The position numbers and the translations under genes are program-made. Shown piece by piece: positions 28,489-38,197 of a DNA stretch of 64,000 nt (position 1 is the stretch's first letter; each line of letters starts with the position of its first letter). Origin of the DNA: an uncultured Azospirillaceae bacterium. GTDB lineage: Bacteria > Pseudomonadota > Alphaproteobacteria > Rickettsiales > UBA3002. A model generated the notes under the pieces. It did no database searches. It was not told where the DNA came from and worked only from the letters and a program-made list of their open reading frames with translations. The stretch lies in contig CAYGTO010000001.1 in assembly GCA_964352815.1 (NCBI GenBank), forward strand, positions 154,820-218,819, written 5' to 3'.

Positions 28489-30477
28489 ATGTCCGATATG
28501 CCACAGGGAGAAGGTAAACCGTCTTCGAACAAAAAGACCATGAGCATGGAAGAAGAGTTCTTCCAGATGATTCAGGATGCCGTGTCGGAAGAGCCTGAAC
28601 ATTCGGCTGAAGAAGCCCAACCTCAAGCCGAAGCCCAATCGGTTAGTGATGATATTCTCGGAGAATTAGAAAAATTGGCCGGAGAGGCACCGGACCAAGA
28701 GATTGAGCCTGCACCACAGGAGGCGGCTCCTGAGCAGCCCGCTCCAGCGCCTACCGCACATGCGAGTGATGATCCTTCACAAGGGGAGGTGAAAAAGCCT
28801 AAGCGTCTCGGCGAACAGCTCATGGATTTGGGCTTAATCGCACAAGATCAGCTTGAGGTGGCGCTGTTAGAGCAGCGGAATAATAAGAAGCTTCTCGGAA
28901 CGATTCTTGTCGATATGGGCTTCATCACCGAGTCAGCGCTTGGTGAGGTGCTCGCGGAATCGTCGGGAACGGAAAAGTTTGATCCAAAGAATGTCCGGGT
29001 TGACCCGACATTGTTAGCAGAAATTCCTCAAGAAGTGTGTCAGCGTAACAAGGTCCTGCCGGTTTCGAAAGAAGAGGATGGCAGTGTGAAACTCGCCATG
29101 GCAGACGTCTATAACGTCCTCGCGATTGACCAGGTGCGCCGCTATCTCGATAAATCCGCAAAGATTATCCCGCTCTATGCGACCGAAGCGGAGATCATGG
29201 AGCAGCTCGATCGCTATTATAAATATGAGATGTCGATTGATGGTATTTTGCGTGAAATCGAGACAGGGATTCGCGATAATAGTCAGCTCGACGGGCGCGA
29301 AGAGGGCTATGTGAACCCGACGGTGCGTTTGGTTGATGCGCTGCTGATTGACTCGGTGAAGCAAAGCGCATCAGATTTACACTTTGAGCCAGAAGGAACA
29401 TTTCTTCGACTGCGTTACCGGATTGATGGTAAGCTAGAGCAAGTGCGCAGTTTCCACCGCGATTATTGGGCGGCGATGCTGGTGCGTTTGAAGATCATGT
29501 CTGGGATGAACATTGCAGAGACGCGACATGCGCAAGATGGCCGGATCAGTTTCAATGTTATGGGTAAGGAAGTCGACTTTCGTGTGGCAACCCAACCAAC
29601 GGTACATGGTGAGAATGTGGTGCTACGCTTGCTTGATAAATCAAAGGCACTGATCTCGCTCGATAGACTAGGTTTTTCAGAGCATAACCTGAATCTCCTT
29701 AAGCGCTGCCTTAAGCGGCCAGAGGGAATTATTATAGTGACCGGTCCGACCGGTAGCGGTAAGACGACGACGCTTTATTCTGTGCTAAGCTTCATTAACT
29801 CGATCGACGTCAATATCATGACCCTAGAGGATCCGGTGGAATATAGGCTGCCGTTGATTCGCCAGACGCACGTCAAAGAGGGGACGATGGATTTTGCGGG
29901 AGGGATTAAATCGCTCTTGCGTCAAGATCCGGATATTATCTTCATCGGGGAGGTGCGCGACGAAGAAACCGCGATCAATGCGGTGCGTGCGGCGCTCACT
30001 GGTCACCAGGTCTTTACCACGCTGCACACGAACGATGCGCTTGGCGCGATTCCACGTTTAGGTGATATTGGGGTGCCAGCACACATGTTGTCTGGCTCGT
30101 TGATTTGTTGTATGGCGCAGCGCTTGGCGCGAAAGCTCTGCCCAAGCTGCAAAGAGCCCTACACAGCGAGCGAAGACGAATGCCGCATTATGGCGGTGGA
30201 CCCCGCAAACCCTCCGACGATATACAAAGCTGTCGGTTGTGAGGAGTGCAACGGCAAGGGGCATAAGGGCCGTGTTGCGATTGTAGAGATTTTGCGGATC
30301 GATGATGGGATGGATGAACTCATTGCAACCCATGCAACGCGCGCGCAAATGATGGAATATGCGACTGAGAACGAATTTGTGGATATGGCGCAAGACGGGA
30401 TCGATAAGGTGTTGGCGGGCGTTATTGATCTTGATGATCTGATGAAGCGCGTCGATTTAACAGAGCGTTTGAATTAG
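28489..30477 (+). CDS. pilB: GspE/PilB-family pilus assembly ATPase (MshE-like N-terminus)
   Basis: Walker A GPTGSGKTTT, Asp box, Walker B IIFIGEVRD, His box, and tetracysteine CPSC...CEEC. The N-terminus has tandem RLGxxLxxxGLI....L...L..Q motifs. About 105 aa of acidic/Pro-rich leader precede them. Start taken at ATG 28489. Confidence 0.88.
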   Translation: MSDMPQGEGKPSSNKKTMSMEEEFFQMIQDAVSEEPEHSAEEAQPQAEAQSVSDDILGELEKLAGEAPDQEIEPAPQEAAPEQPAPAPTAHASDDPSQGEVKKPKRLGEQLMDLGLIAQDQLEVALLEQRNNKKLLGTILVDMGFITESALGEVLAESSGTEKFDPKNVRVDPTLLAEIPQEVCQRNKVLPVSKEEDGSVKLAMADVYNVLAIDQVRRYLDKSAKIIPLYATEAEIMEQLDRYYKYEMSIDGILREIETGIRDNSQLDGREEGYVNPTVRLVDALLIDSVKQSASDLHFEPEGTFLRLRYRIDGKLEQVRSFHRDYWAAMLVRLKIMSGMNIAETRHAQDGRISFNVMGKEVDFRVATQPTVHGENVVLRLLDKSKALISLDRLGFSEHNLNLLKRCLKRPEGIIIVTGPTGSGKTTTLYSVLSFINSIDVNIMTLEDPVEYRLPLIRQTHVKEGTMDFAGGIKSLLRQDPDIIFIGEVRDEETAINAVRAALTGHQVFTTLHTNDALGAIPRLGDIGVPAHMLSGSLICCMAQRLARKLCPSCKEPYTASEDECRIMAVDPANPPTIYKAVGCEECNGKGHKGRVAIVEILRIDDGMDELIATHATRAQMMEYATENEFVDMAQDGIDKVLAGVIDLDDLMKRVDLTERLN

Positions 30478-30545
30478 ATCGTTTCTTTCCAGCACATTTT
30501 TTTGTATACTACCTAAAAATAACAATCACTTATATGTAGGGAGCG

Positions 30546-31748
30546 ATGCCAACTTACAATTATGCTGCGATCAATGATTTCGGGCGCCGTATTCGCGGGA
30601 ATATTGCGGCAGATAATGAAATTGATCTTGAGTCGCGCCTGAAAGAAATCGGTCTCGATCTCGTCAATTACCGTGAGGTGCGCCCGAAGAAAGCGGGGTT
30701 TGGTTCGCGTGTAAAACTCAAAGATTTGATTATCATGATGCTGCATATGGAGCAGCTCGATCGCGCTGGAGTGCCGCTGCATGATGCGCTTGCTGATGTG
30801 CGTGATGCTACCGAATCACTCAAGCTGCGCGACATTATGATGGATGTTTCTGAGACGGTGAAATCCGGAACCGTGTTTTCGCAGGCACTTGCAAAATATC
30901 CTGCGATTTTTAACGATGTCTTTGTCGGTCTCATTGCGGCGGGTGAGAAAACCGGTAATCTTGCGGAAGCGTTCGCACATATCACCGACCATATGAAATG
31001 GACGGCAGAGCTGCGTCGTAAGGTGCGTAAAGCACTTGCGTATCCGCTCGTAGTTTTCTTCTTGATGGTTGGAGTGATTACTGTCCTCATGCTTTTCGTG
31101 GTGCCACAATTGATTGATTTTATTGTGAGTCAAGGGTTCGAAATTCCGATTCACACACGCGCATTGATCTGGACATCCGAAGCCTTCCAAGAAAGCTGGT
31201 ATGTTATTATCGGTGTCCCAATTGGACTTTTTATTCTGCATAAAGCACTATACCGATTATTCGAGGGCTATGCCTACAATACGGATGCGCTGACATTGAA
31301 GTTGCCGGTGTTAGGCCCCACTATGCGTAAGATTGATTTGGCCCGGTTTGTGCACTTCTTTGCGATCATGTTCCGTAGCGGAATCGACATTCTTGATTCG
31401 CTAGACGCAGCCAATGGCGTTGTGAATAATCGCGTTATTAAACAGGCAATTCACACAGCAAGGCGTAGTATTGAGGAGGGTAATTCTCTTACCGTGTCGC
31501 TTCGTTTGTCGAGTCAATTTCCAAATCTTGTGATTCGCATGTTTAAGGTGGGTGAAGATAGCGGTAATGTGAATGACGCGCTTGAGAATATTACCTTTTT
31601 CTATAACCGCGAGGTGAATGACGCGGTGGATGGAATGGTCGGCATGGTGCAACCTACCATGACGGCGTTAATGGGAGGGTTGATCTTCTGGGTGATCGCC
31701 GCTGTCTTTGGCCCGCTTTATCAATCGTTCCAGAATATGAATTTTTAA
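30546..31748 (+). CDS. pilC: type IV pilus / T2SS platform protein (GspF/PilC family)
   Basis: 400 aa with a duplicated T2SSF domain and three TM segments. Typical AG.E.TG.L and GE.SG.L motifs. Confidence 0.88.
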   Translation: MPTYNYAAINDFGRRIRGNIAADNEIDLESRLKEIGLDLVNYREVRPKKAGFGSRVKLKDLIIMMLHMEQLDRAGVPLHDALADVRDATESLKLRDIMMDVSETVKSGTVFSQALAKYPAIFNDVFVGLIAAGEKTGNLAEAFAHITDHMKWTAELRRKVRKALAYPLVVFFLMVGVITVLMLFVVPQLIDFIVSQGFEIPIHTRALIWTSEAFQESWYVIIGVPIGLFILHKALYRLFEGYAYNTDALTLKLPVLGPTMRKIDLARFVHFFAIMFRSGIDILDSLDAANGVVNNRVIKQAIHTARRSIEEGNSLTVSLRLSSQFPNLVIRMFKVGEDSGNVNDALENITFFYNREVNDAVDGMVGMVQPTMTALMGGLIFWVIAAVFGPLYQSFQNMNF

Positions 31749-31769
31749 GTGTAGGGTGCCATATAGGCC

Positions 31770-33470
31770 ATGATTGGACGAAAACAGAATTCTGCATCAA
31801 GCGATTCACGTAATAGCAATGCGGGGGTGGTTGAAAAAGGCAAAGGGAAATTCGTTCTTCTCCTGGGCGATGAGGGAGCTATTCTTATCCTCACGCACAA
31901 GAAAAAAGTGGTGCGCCGTCTATATACAAACGATGCAGAGCCTGAACATGTAAAGTCGCTTGTTGAGCTGATGGAGAGTCATCCGAAATGTTCGGTATCC
32001 ATCCTCCTTGATGTGCTTGATCAATCCTATACACGCCATACCATGCCGCCAGTGAGCGCGTTGAGTGTGAACCAATTGGTGGCGAAGCGCTTGGAGAGGG
32101 ATTTCTCTCCCGAAGATATTAAGGGTTATATCCCGTTAGGGCGCGAAAAGACTGGCCGAAAGGATTGGAACTTTCTTCTGATCTCGATTCATCAGTCGGA
32201 TCTTTTAAAAAAATGGCTCGATATCATTCTTGAGCTCCCGAACCCATTTGATGGGGTATATTTAACGCCGGTCGAAGGTCAGAATTATGTGAAGCAAATC
32301 CACTCGCGCTTGCCAAAGCTTGAGGGTGGAGAGACGCCAAGCTGGCAGATGCTTGTGAGCCATAATAAAGTGGGAGGCTTCCGGCAAATCGTGCTGCATG
32401 AAGGGAAGCTGTTTTTTACCCGGGTTGCCCAAGCCTCCGAGGATGATGCGCCTGCTGTAACGGCAGGTAATATTGAGCAAGAGATCATGAATACGATTGA
32501 ATATCTCCGACGAATGGGATTTGGAGAGCAAGACGGGCTAGAGCTATTTATTGTCACCTCGCAAGAAATTAAAGAATGTGTTGATAATAATAAATTTGGT
32601 GCCGTGCGTGCAGAAGTGTTCACGCCTAATGAGGTCTCTGATTTGCTGGGCTTTCAGCAAGCGGCACTCTCAGGCGATCGCTATGGCGATATTGTAATGG
32701 GAACGACATTCTCGTCTCTTGGTAAGCGTGTTTTGAAGCTCAAACTACCCTATGCGGAAACATTGGCTAAGCTGTCTATGGGGCGTATGGCCTTGCGTGC
32801 TGCATCGGTCTTGATCGTGCTGGGTTCCATTGCCTTCTCGGCATTGGGGGTGGTGGATTATTTCTCGATGACGTCTAAGGTGGATGGGTTTACAAACCAA
32901 GAGAGTAGCAAGCGTTCAGAGCTTCAGCGAATTCAACAAATCTCTGCTGAGCTGCCTGCCGATGCAGGTCAGATCTCTGAACTTGTATCCATATGGCAAG
33001 CCTTGCATGAGAGAAAGCCTGAGCCTCCGATAAGTTTTCTGCGACAGATTGCGAAACTAAAACAAGAAAATGTGCGTATCACACAGTTTGAGTGGGATGC
33101 GAAAACCGCACTTGATCAGGCGGCTCCTCCTACGCAACAAAATCGAAACCTTAATGCGCAAACCCAGACTCAAGATGTGGGAGCGAACGCTGATGTGGTG
33201 GCAAAAATTACCCTTCAGTTCGTGCTCGAGGACCCAAGCGAAGAGGTGTTCATTCAAGAAGCGCAAGCCTATCAAGAGAAAGCGAGCGAATTGTTTAGTC
33301 AGTATGTTGTGACCTATGAGCGACCTTTGACCACAGAAAGCGAAGAGCCGCAGAGCATCGAAGTGAATTTTGATGAAATGCCGGATGGAAAGAAGATGCT
33401 AGCAGCCGATGAGCTTAGCATCACGATGGTAATTACTGGGCCGAAACCAGAAGAACCGGCACAGGGATAA
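31770..33470 (+). CDS. bitopic pilus-alignment protein candidate (PilM-PilN / GspL / MshI-like architecture)
   Basis: About 330 aa cytoplasmic domain, a single TM helix (ALRAASVLIVLGSIAFSALGVV), then a periplasmic coiled-coil domain. The call comes from position after pilC and from topology, not from sequence motifs. Confidence 0.4.
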   Translation: MIGRKQNSASSDSRNSNAGVVEKGKGKFVLLLGDEGAILILTHKKKVVRRLYTNDAEPEHVKSLVELMESHPKCSVSILLDVLDQSYTRHTMPPVSALSVNQLVAKRLERDFSPEDIKGYIPLGREKTGRKDWNFLLISIHQSDLLKKWLDIILELPNPFDGVYLTPVEGQNYVKQIHSRLPKLEGGETPSWQMLVSHNKVGGFRQIVLHEGKLFFTRVAQASEDDAPAVTAGNIEQEIMNTIEYLRRMGFGEQDGLELFIVTSQEIKECVDNNKFGAVRAEVFTPNEVSDLLGFQQAALSGDRYGDIVMGTTFSSLGKRVLKLKLPYAETLAKLSMGRMALRAASVLIVLGSIAFSALGVVDYFSMTSKVDGFTNQESSKRSELQRIQQISAELPADAGQISELVSIWQALHERKPEPPISFLRQIAKLKQENVRITQFEWDAKTALDQAAPPTQQNRNLNAQTQTQDVGANADVVAKITLQFVLEDPSEEVFIQEAQAYQEKASELFSQYVVTYERPLTTESEEPQSIEVNFDEMPDGKKMLAADELSITMVITGPKPEEPAQG

Positions 33471-33474
33471 TGAT

Positions 33475-34125
33475 ATGAGAAAGGACAAACAGCTCAAAAA
33501 AGCACTGATCAAGGACGGAGCTGTCACGGCGGTGATATTACTTGTCTTTGGAGGTGTTGCGTTTGGCGTGAGCATGATGGTCGGTGGTATGGCTGAAGAG
33601 GTGAAGAAAAAAGAATCGAATATTCGTCAAATCGAATCACAGATCAGCTCTATCAAGCGTAACTATGAGCAAGCGAATGTATCCATTGAATTGTTCCAGA
33701 ACATCAGCAATAAGGTAGCGGAGAATGCTCTTGAAATAGATTCCGAAGCATTACGCGAAGTGCTTATTCGTCTGCGTGATGAATATCGTTTGAGCAGACT
33801 CAGTCTCAAATACGAGCCTGTCTCAACCGAGCAAAACCCTTCGCTGAAAAATGTGCAAGGCGTTGACATGGAATATAATAAGGTGTTGCTTGAAGTAGGG
33901 GGAATTTCAGACGCGCATATCATTGGGTTTGTCGAAGCACTTAAGAGTGAGCTGAAAGGAATCAAACAATTCGATAATTTCTCTGTAGTCCGAAAAGAGG
34001 CATTTGGCAGTGATCTCTTTTACCGTATTAGTCAAGGCGCGACCCCCGAGATGGTAAGCGGCCAGATCAATTTTTACTGGATTGGAATTACCGAGAAAAA
34101 GCCCGCTGAAGGAGAAACCGGATGA
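33475..34125 (+). CDS. bitopic membrane protein, PilO/GspM/MshJ-like by topology
   Basis: Short cytoplasmic N-terminus, one TM helix (AVTAVILLVFGGVAFGVSMMVGG), and a coiled coil. Starts 4 nt after the upstream gene and overlaps the downstream gene by 4 nt. Confidence 0.35.
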   Translation: MRKDKQLKKALIKDGAVTAVILLVFGGVAFGVSMMVGGMAEEVKKKESNIRQIESQISSIKRNYEQANVSIELFQNISNKVAENALEIDSEALREVLIRLRDEYRLSRLSLKYEPVSTEQNPSLKNVQGVDMEYNKVLLEVGGISDAHIIGFVEALKSELKGIKQFDNFSVVRKEAFGSDLFYRISQGATPEMVSGQINFYWIGITEKKPAEGETG

Positions 34126-35078
34126 TGCTGCGCTTTGCTTCGTACATCGGCGTTTGGCTTCTCATGGTGGTTCCTGTATGGGGCCAAGAGGCAGTTGAAG
34201 AGGAGCCGTTAGAAGCGCTCCAATCTGAACAACTGGTGACAGCGCAGCGCACCCAAATATCCATGGGAGAGAATTTGCCTTCTATTCTCTACATGGATGA
34301 AGACATTAATATGCTGCGTAAGGTGCTATCAGTCTATGAACTTGACGCTGATTATGATTTATCTTCGATCACACCAATCGGTGAGATTGATACGCAAACT
34401 ACGGAAGACGGAGAGGTGCGAATCGCGTCACCACTTCCTAATTTCTATTTTAGCTCGATGATATACCGTAATGCGAGTGACTGGGCAGCATGGATCAACG
34501 GGCAGCGTTATTCACCGCAATCAGAGCGCCTTGATTTCAAAGTAGAACTATTAGAAAAAGATTTGCTGCAGATCGCATGGAAACCCGAAGCGCAACTGCC
34601 CGAAGTAATTGAAATATGGCAGAAGCGTAATGAGCGCACGGTTGGTTCTGATATAACACATCGTACGGCAATCATGTCAAAAAATGTCATGTTCAATATT
34701 ACCGAAGGCGTCTTGACGTTTACCTTGCGTCCAAACCAAACGTTTGTAACACCAGCATTAAAGGTAATCGAAGGGGCGTATAACTCTCCCTCGCTTGCCG
34801 TTGGAGATGGAGGACGAAGAGATGAAGCAATGCAAAGCCCTGTAGATGTCGGCTTAACGCTACCCATTAGCAATGCTACCCCTCCATCCCAGCTTACATC
34901 GCAAGCACAGCAGCTCCAGACGCTTATTCAACAAAGCTTGGCAGCACAAGGAAAAGCGAATACCGCGCCACCGCCACCACCTGAGAATCCGCCTCAGCAG
35001 CAGCCTGTCATGCAGCAGCAGATGCTCGACGCAATTCAAGAACAGGTGTTGCAGAACTTATTTGCACCACAAAACTAG
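34122..35078 (+). CDS. secreted/periplasmic protein with Gln/Pro-rich C-terminus (PilP/MshK position)
   Basis: Signal peptide MMLRFASYIGVWLLMVVPVWGQEA. The C-terminal tail has PPPPPENPPQQQP. Too short (318 aa) and lacks the features of a secretin. Confidence 0.35.
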   Translation: MMLRFASYIGVWLLMVVPVWGQEAVEEEPLEALQSEQLVTAQRTQISMGENLPSILYMDEDINMLRKVLSVYELDADYDLSSITPIGEIDTQTTEDGEVRIASPLPNFYFSSMIYRNASDWAAWINGQRYSPQSERLDFKVELLEKDLLQIAWKPEAQLPEVIEIWQKRNERTVGSDITHRTAIMSKNVMFNITEGVLTFTLRPNQTFVTPALKVIEGAYNSPSLAVGDGGRRDEAMQSPVDVGLTLPISNATPPSQLTSQAQQLQTLIQQSLAAQGKANTAPPPPPENPPQQQPVMQQQMLDAIQEQVLQNLFAPQN

Positions 35079-35152
35079 AGATGGGATGGATCGCGCCTTA
35101 GGCTTGAAAAGCGGAGTTTTGTTGTTATTTTCACAATGAGAAAGAGAGTGTC

Positions 35153-35881
35153 ATGGTAGAAACAAACGCGTCCCCTTTATCCATTAAAAGTCTCAGTAAA
35201 ACATTTGGAAAACAGACTGTTTTGTGTGACGTATCATTAGATCTGAAACAAGGTGAGATCTTTGGTTTGATTGGATTGAACGGGGTAGGTAAAACCACCA
35301 TGATCAAAGCCATGCTTGATCTTCTGAAGGCCGATGGTGGCGAGATTTATATGCATGGCGTGCGATCAACGGAAGTGGCGGCACGGAAACATATTTCTTA
35401 TTTACCTGAAAAATTCCAGCCGCCGCGCCAGCTGAAAGGCACCGAATATCTTTCTTTGGCACTGTCTTACTACAAGCGCAAACTCGATGTAGCGCGCGCG
35501 CGCGAAATGGCGTCGATGCTTGATCTTGACCCCGAGAAATTAAGTCAAAAAATTGGCACCTATTCCAAGGGAATGGGGCAAAAGCTTGGGCTGGTCGGTG
35601 CGTTTATGGTGGATCAGCCTTTCCTGATTCTTGATGAACCGATGAGTGGCCTAGACCCGAGCGCGCGTATTAAGCTGAAGAATATGATGCTGGAGATGCG
35701 TAAAGAAGGAAAAACGATTTTCTTTAGTTCGCACATCCTTGCAGATATTGATGAAATTTGTGATCGTATTGGGGTGATTCATGATGCGAAGCTGATTTAT
35801 GTGGGCACCCCGTCGGAGTTTAAACCGACTTACAAAGAAGAGTCACTCGAGCGTGCCTTCTTAAAAGCGATTGCTGCATAA
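35153..35881 (+). CDS. ABC transporter ATP-binding protein (no cognate permease adjacent)
   Basis: Walker A GLNGVGKTT, signature SKGMGQKL, Walker B FLILDEP, and H-loop SSHIL. Confidence 0.88.
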   Translation: MVETNASPLSIKSLSKTFGKQTVLCDVSLDLKQGEIFGLIGLNGVGKTTMIKAMLDLLKADGGEIYMHGVRSTEVAARKHISYLPEKFQPPRQLKGTEYLSLALSYYKRKLDVARAREMASMLDLDPEKLSQKIGTYSKGMGQKLGLVGAFMVDQPFLILDEPMSGLDPSARIKLKNMMLEMRKEGKTIFFSSHILADIDEICDRIGVIHDAKLIYVGTPSEFKPTYKEESLERAFLKAIAA

Positions 35882-37009
35882 TTAATAGATATCGTCTTCA
35901 CTCTCTGACACGCGAATATCTTTGGCGTGTGCGGCGCCCTGTTCTTGACGAATCCGCAGGCGCACATTGGCCGGGTTGTCAGCCTGAGCAATCGCGACCT
36001 CTTCGGTAATTTCACCGGATTGTGACAGCGCAAAGAGCGCTTGGTCAAAGCTTTGCATACCAACATCAGCGTTACGTTCAATCAGCTCTTTCAATTTACG
36101 GATGCTACCTTCTTCAATGAGCTGTTTGATCGCGCCTTCGTTCAACAAGATCTCTAGGGCTAGCGAACGATTGCCCTGTATATTGTTCACCAAACGCTGT
36201 GCCACAATGGCCTTCAGATTGAGTGACAAAGTGAGCAGCACTTGGTGCTGCTTTTCCTCTGGGAAAAAACTCACGATACGCTCGATGGCTTGGTTCGAGT
36301 TATTCGCATGCAGTGTGGCAAAGACGAGGTGGCCGGTTTCCGAGAAATTAACCGCATGTTCCATGGTTTCACGGTCTCGAATTTCACCGATCAAAAGCAC
36401 ATCTGGTCGTTGGCGTAGTGCGTTCTTGAGTGCCATACCATAGGAATAGGTGTCGATGCCAACATCACGCTGCGTAATGATACATCCTTGATGTGCATGA
36501 ACAAATTCGATCGGATCTTCAATCGTGATAATATGGCCAGAGCCGTGTAGATTACGATGGCCAATTAGTGATGCAAGTGTTGTCGATTTACCGCTACCGG
36601 TTCCGCCTACGATCAAAATCAGGCCGCGTTCCGCCATGGCCAGATCACCTAGCAGGGAAGGAAGTTTTAGCTCCTCAAGCGTGGGAATATCCGTGTTGAT
36701 CCGGCGCAAGACGATCCCTGTGTTCATTTGCTGGCGAAACACATTCACCCGGAAACGGGAGTTACTGTCAGGTTGAATCGCAGAATTGAATTCAAGAGTA
36801 TCTTCAAATTCACCGCGTTGTTCATCATCAAGCAGTTCGTTTAAAAATGTCTCGATATGCTCATCGGTCAAGAGATCCGGGTTTGCAGACACAATCTTGT
36901 TATCGATGCGCAGGCTTGGTGGGCATCCGACTGTGAGGTACAAATCAGACGCATGATGCTTTTCCATCAAGATCAGATACTCGGATAAGAGCGGATAGTC
37001 TTGGCTCAT
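35882..37009 (-). CDS. pilU: PilT/PilU-family pilus retraction ATPase (PilU-like)
   Basis: Walker A GGTGSGKSTT, Walker B LLIGEIRD, and His box GHLVFATLHA. It lacks the AIRNLIRE signature (has AIKQLIEEG), as PilU paralogues do. Confidence 0.75.
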   Translation of the reverse strand: MSQDYPLLSEYLILMEKHHASDLYLTVGCPPSLRIDNKIVSANPDLLTDEHIETFLNELLDDEQRGEFEDTLEFNSAIQPDSNSRFRVNVFRQQMNTGIVLRRINTDIPTLEELKLPSLLGDLAMAERGLILIVGGTGSGKSTTLASLIGHRNLHGSGHIITIEDPIEFVHAHQGCIITQRDVGIDTYSYGMALKNALRQRPDVLLIGEIRDRETMEHAVNFSETGHLVFATLHANNSNQAIERIVSFFPEEKQHQVLLTLSLNLKAIVAQRLVNNIQGNRSLALEILLNEGAIKQLIEEGSIRKLKELIERNADVGMQSFDQALFALSQSGEITEEVAIAQADNPANVRLRIRQEQGAAHAKDIRVSESEDDIY

Positions 37010-37024
37010 AAGGCCACCTTTTCC

Positions 37025-38119
37025 CTAGAAGCCCGACGCTTGGCGCTTCATGCCGCCAGTGCTAGTTGATTTTTTCTCATCATCATCGTCATTCGCTGCA
37101 TTGATCGCAGTTTTCGCGGCTTCGGCCGTGATCACTTCATTTTCAAGTAGCTGGTAAACGGAATCTTTCATTGTCGACATGCCCAGTTTTGATCCCATCT
37201 GCATGATGGAATAAATTTGCGGAACTTTGGCCTCACGAATCAGGTTACGCACTGCCGGGGTGGCCAGTAGCACTTCATGGGCAGCGACACGCCCGCTACC
37301 ATCGGCTTTCTTAATCAGAGTTTGCGTGATGATCGCTTCCAGCGAAACCGAAAGCATGGCACGCACCATTTCTTTTTCGCCAGCAGGGAAGACATCAATA
37401 ATACGGTCGATGGTTTTCGGCGCTGAACTTGTGTGCAAAGTCCCCATTACTAAGTGACCAGTTTCGGCCGCGGTCATGGCAAGTTGAATCGTTTCCATAT
37501 CGCGCATCTCACCAACGAGAATAATATCGGGATCTTCGCGGAGTGCGCTTTTCAAGGCACGGGCAAAAGAGGTCGTACTGGCGCCAACCTCGCGGTGGTT
37601 AATTAGCGATTGTTTCGAGGTATGTACGAATTCCACCGGGTCTTCAATGGTCAGAATATGTTTGGCGTAATTCGCATTGATGTGGTCAACCATCGATGCA
37701 AGAGTTGTCGATTTACCGCTTCCGGTCGGACCAGTAACCAGAATAAGGCCTTTATTAAGTTCACACAGCTCTTTGAAATTTGCCGGTGCGCCGACTTGCT
37801 CTAGGGTTAGGATTTCGGTGGGGATCACACGGAAAACGGCTGCGGGGCCATTGATCGTATGAAATGCATTCACACGAAAGCGCATTTCTTCACCAAAGGC
37901 GAGGGAGAAATCAATCTCAAGTTCGCTCTCATAGCGTGAGCGTTGGTCTTCCGTCATGATAGCAAAGAGCATCTGTTTCAGCTGATCTGCCTCAAGAGGG
38001 GGGCATTTCACATAAACAATGTCACCATTCACCCGCATCACAGGCGGGTTTTTCACGGTGATGTGAAGGTCAGACGCTTTGTTCTTCGTCGTCGCGACCA
38101 ATAAATCGGTAATTTCCAT
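37025..38119 (-). CDS. pilT: type IV pilus twitching-motility retraction ATPase
   Basis: Walker A GPTGSGKSTT, ILVGEMRD, GHLVMGTLHT, and the PilT signature AVRNLIREAK. Start at MEITDLL (GGGAGAAG RBS). Confidence 0.88.
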   Translation of the reverse strand: MEITDLLVATTKNKASDLHITVKNPPVMRVNGDIVYVKCPPLEADQLKQMLFAIMTEDQRSRYESELEIDFSLAFGEEMRFRVNAFHTINGPAAVFRVIPTEILTLEQVGAPANFKELCELNKGLILVTGPTGSGKSTTLASMVDHINANYAKHILTIEDPVEFVHTSKQSLINHREVGASTTSFARALKSALREDPDIILVGEMRDMETIQLAMTAAETGHLVMGTLHTSSAPKTIDRIIDVFPAGEKEMVRAMLSVSLEAIITQTLIKKADGSGRVAAHEVLLATPAVRNLIREAKVPQIYSIMQMGSKLGMSTMKDSVYQLLENEVITAEAAKTAINAANDDDDEKKSTSTGGMKRQASGF

Positions 38120-38197
38120 AGCTTCTCCCTGTGCCAAAGAATCATGCATTTCAAGGCATTAGAATGAGTCCTTATCGGGGAGCCGCAACCACGCCTT

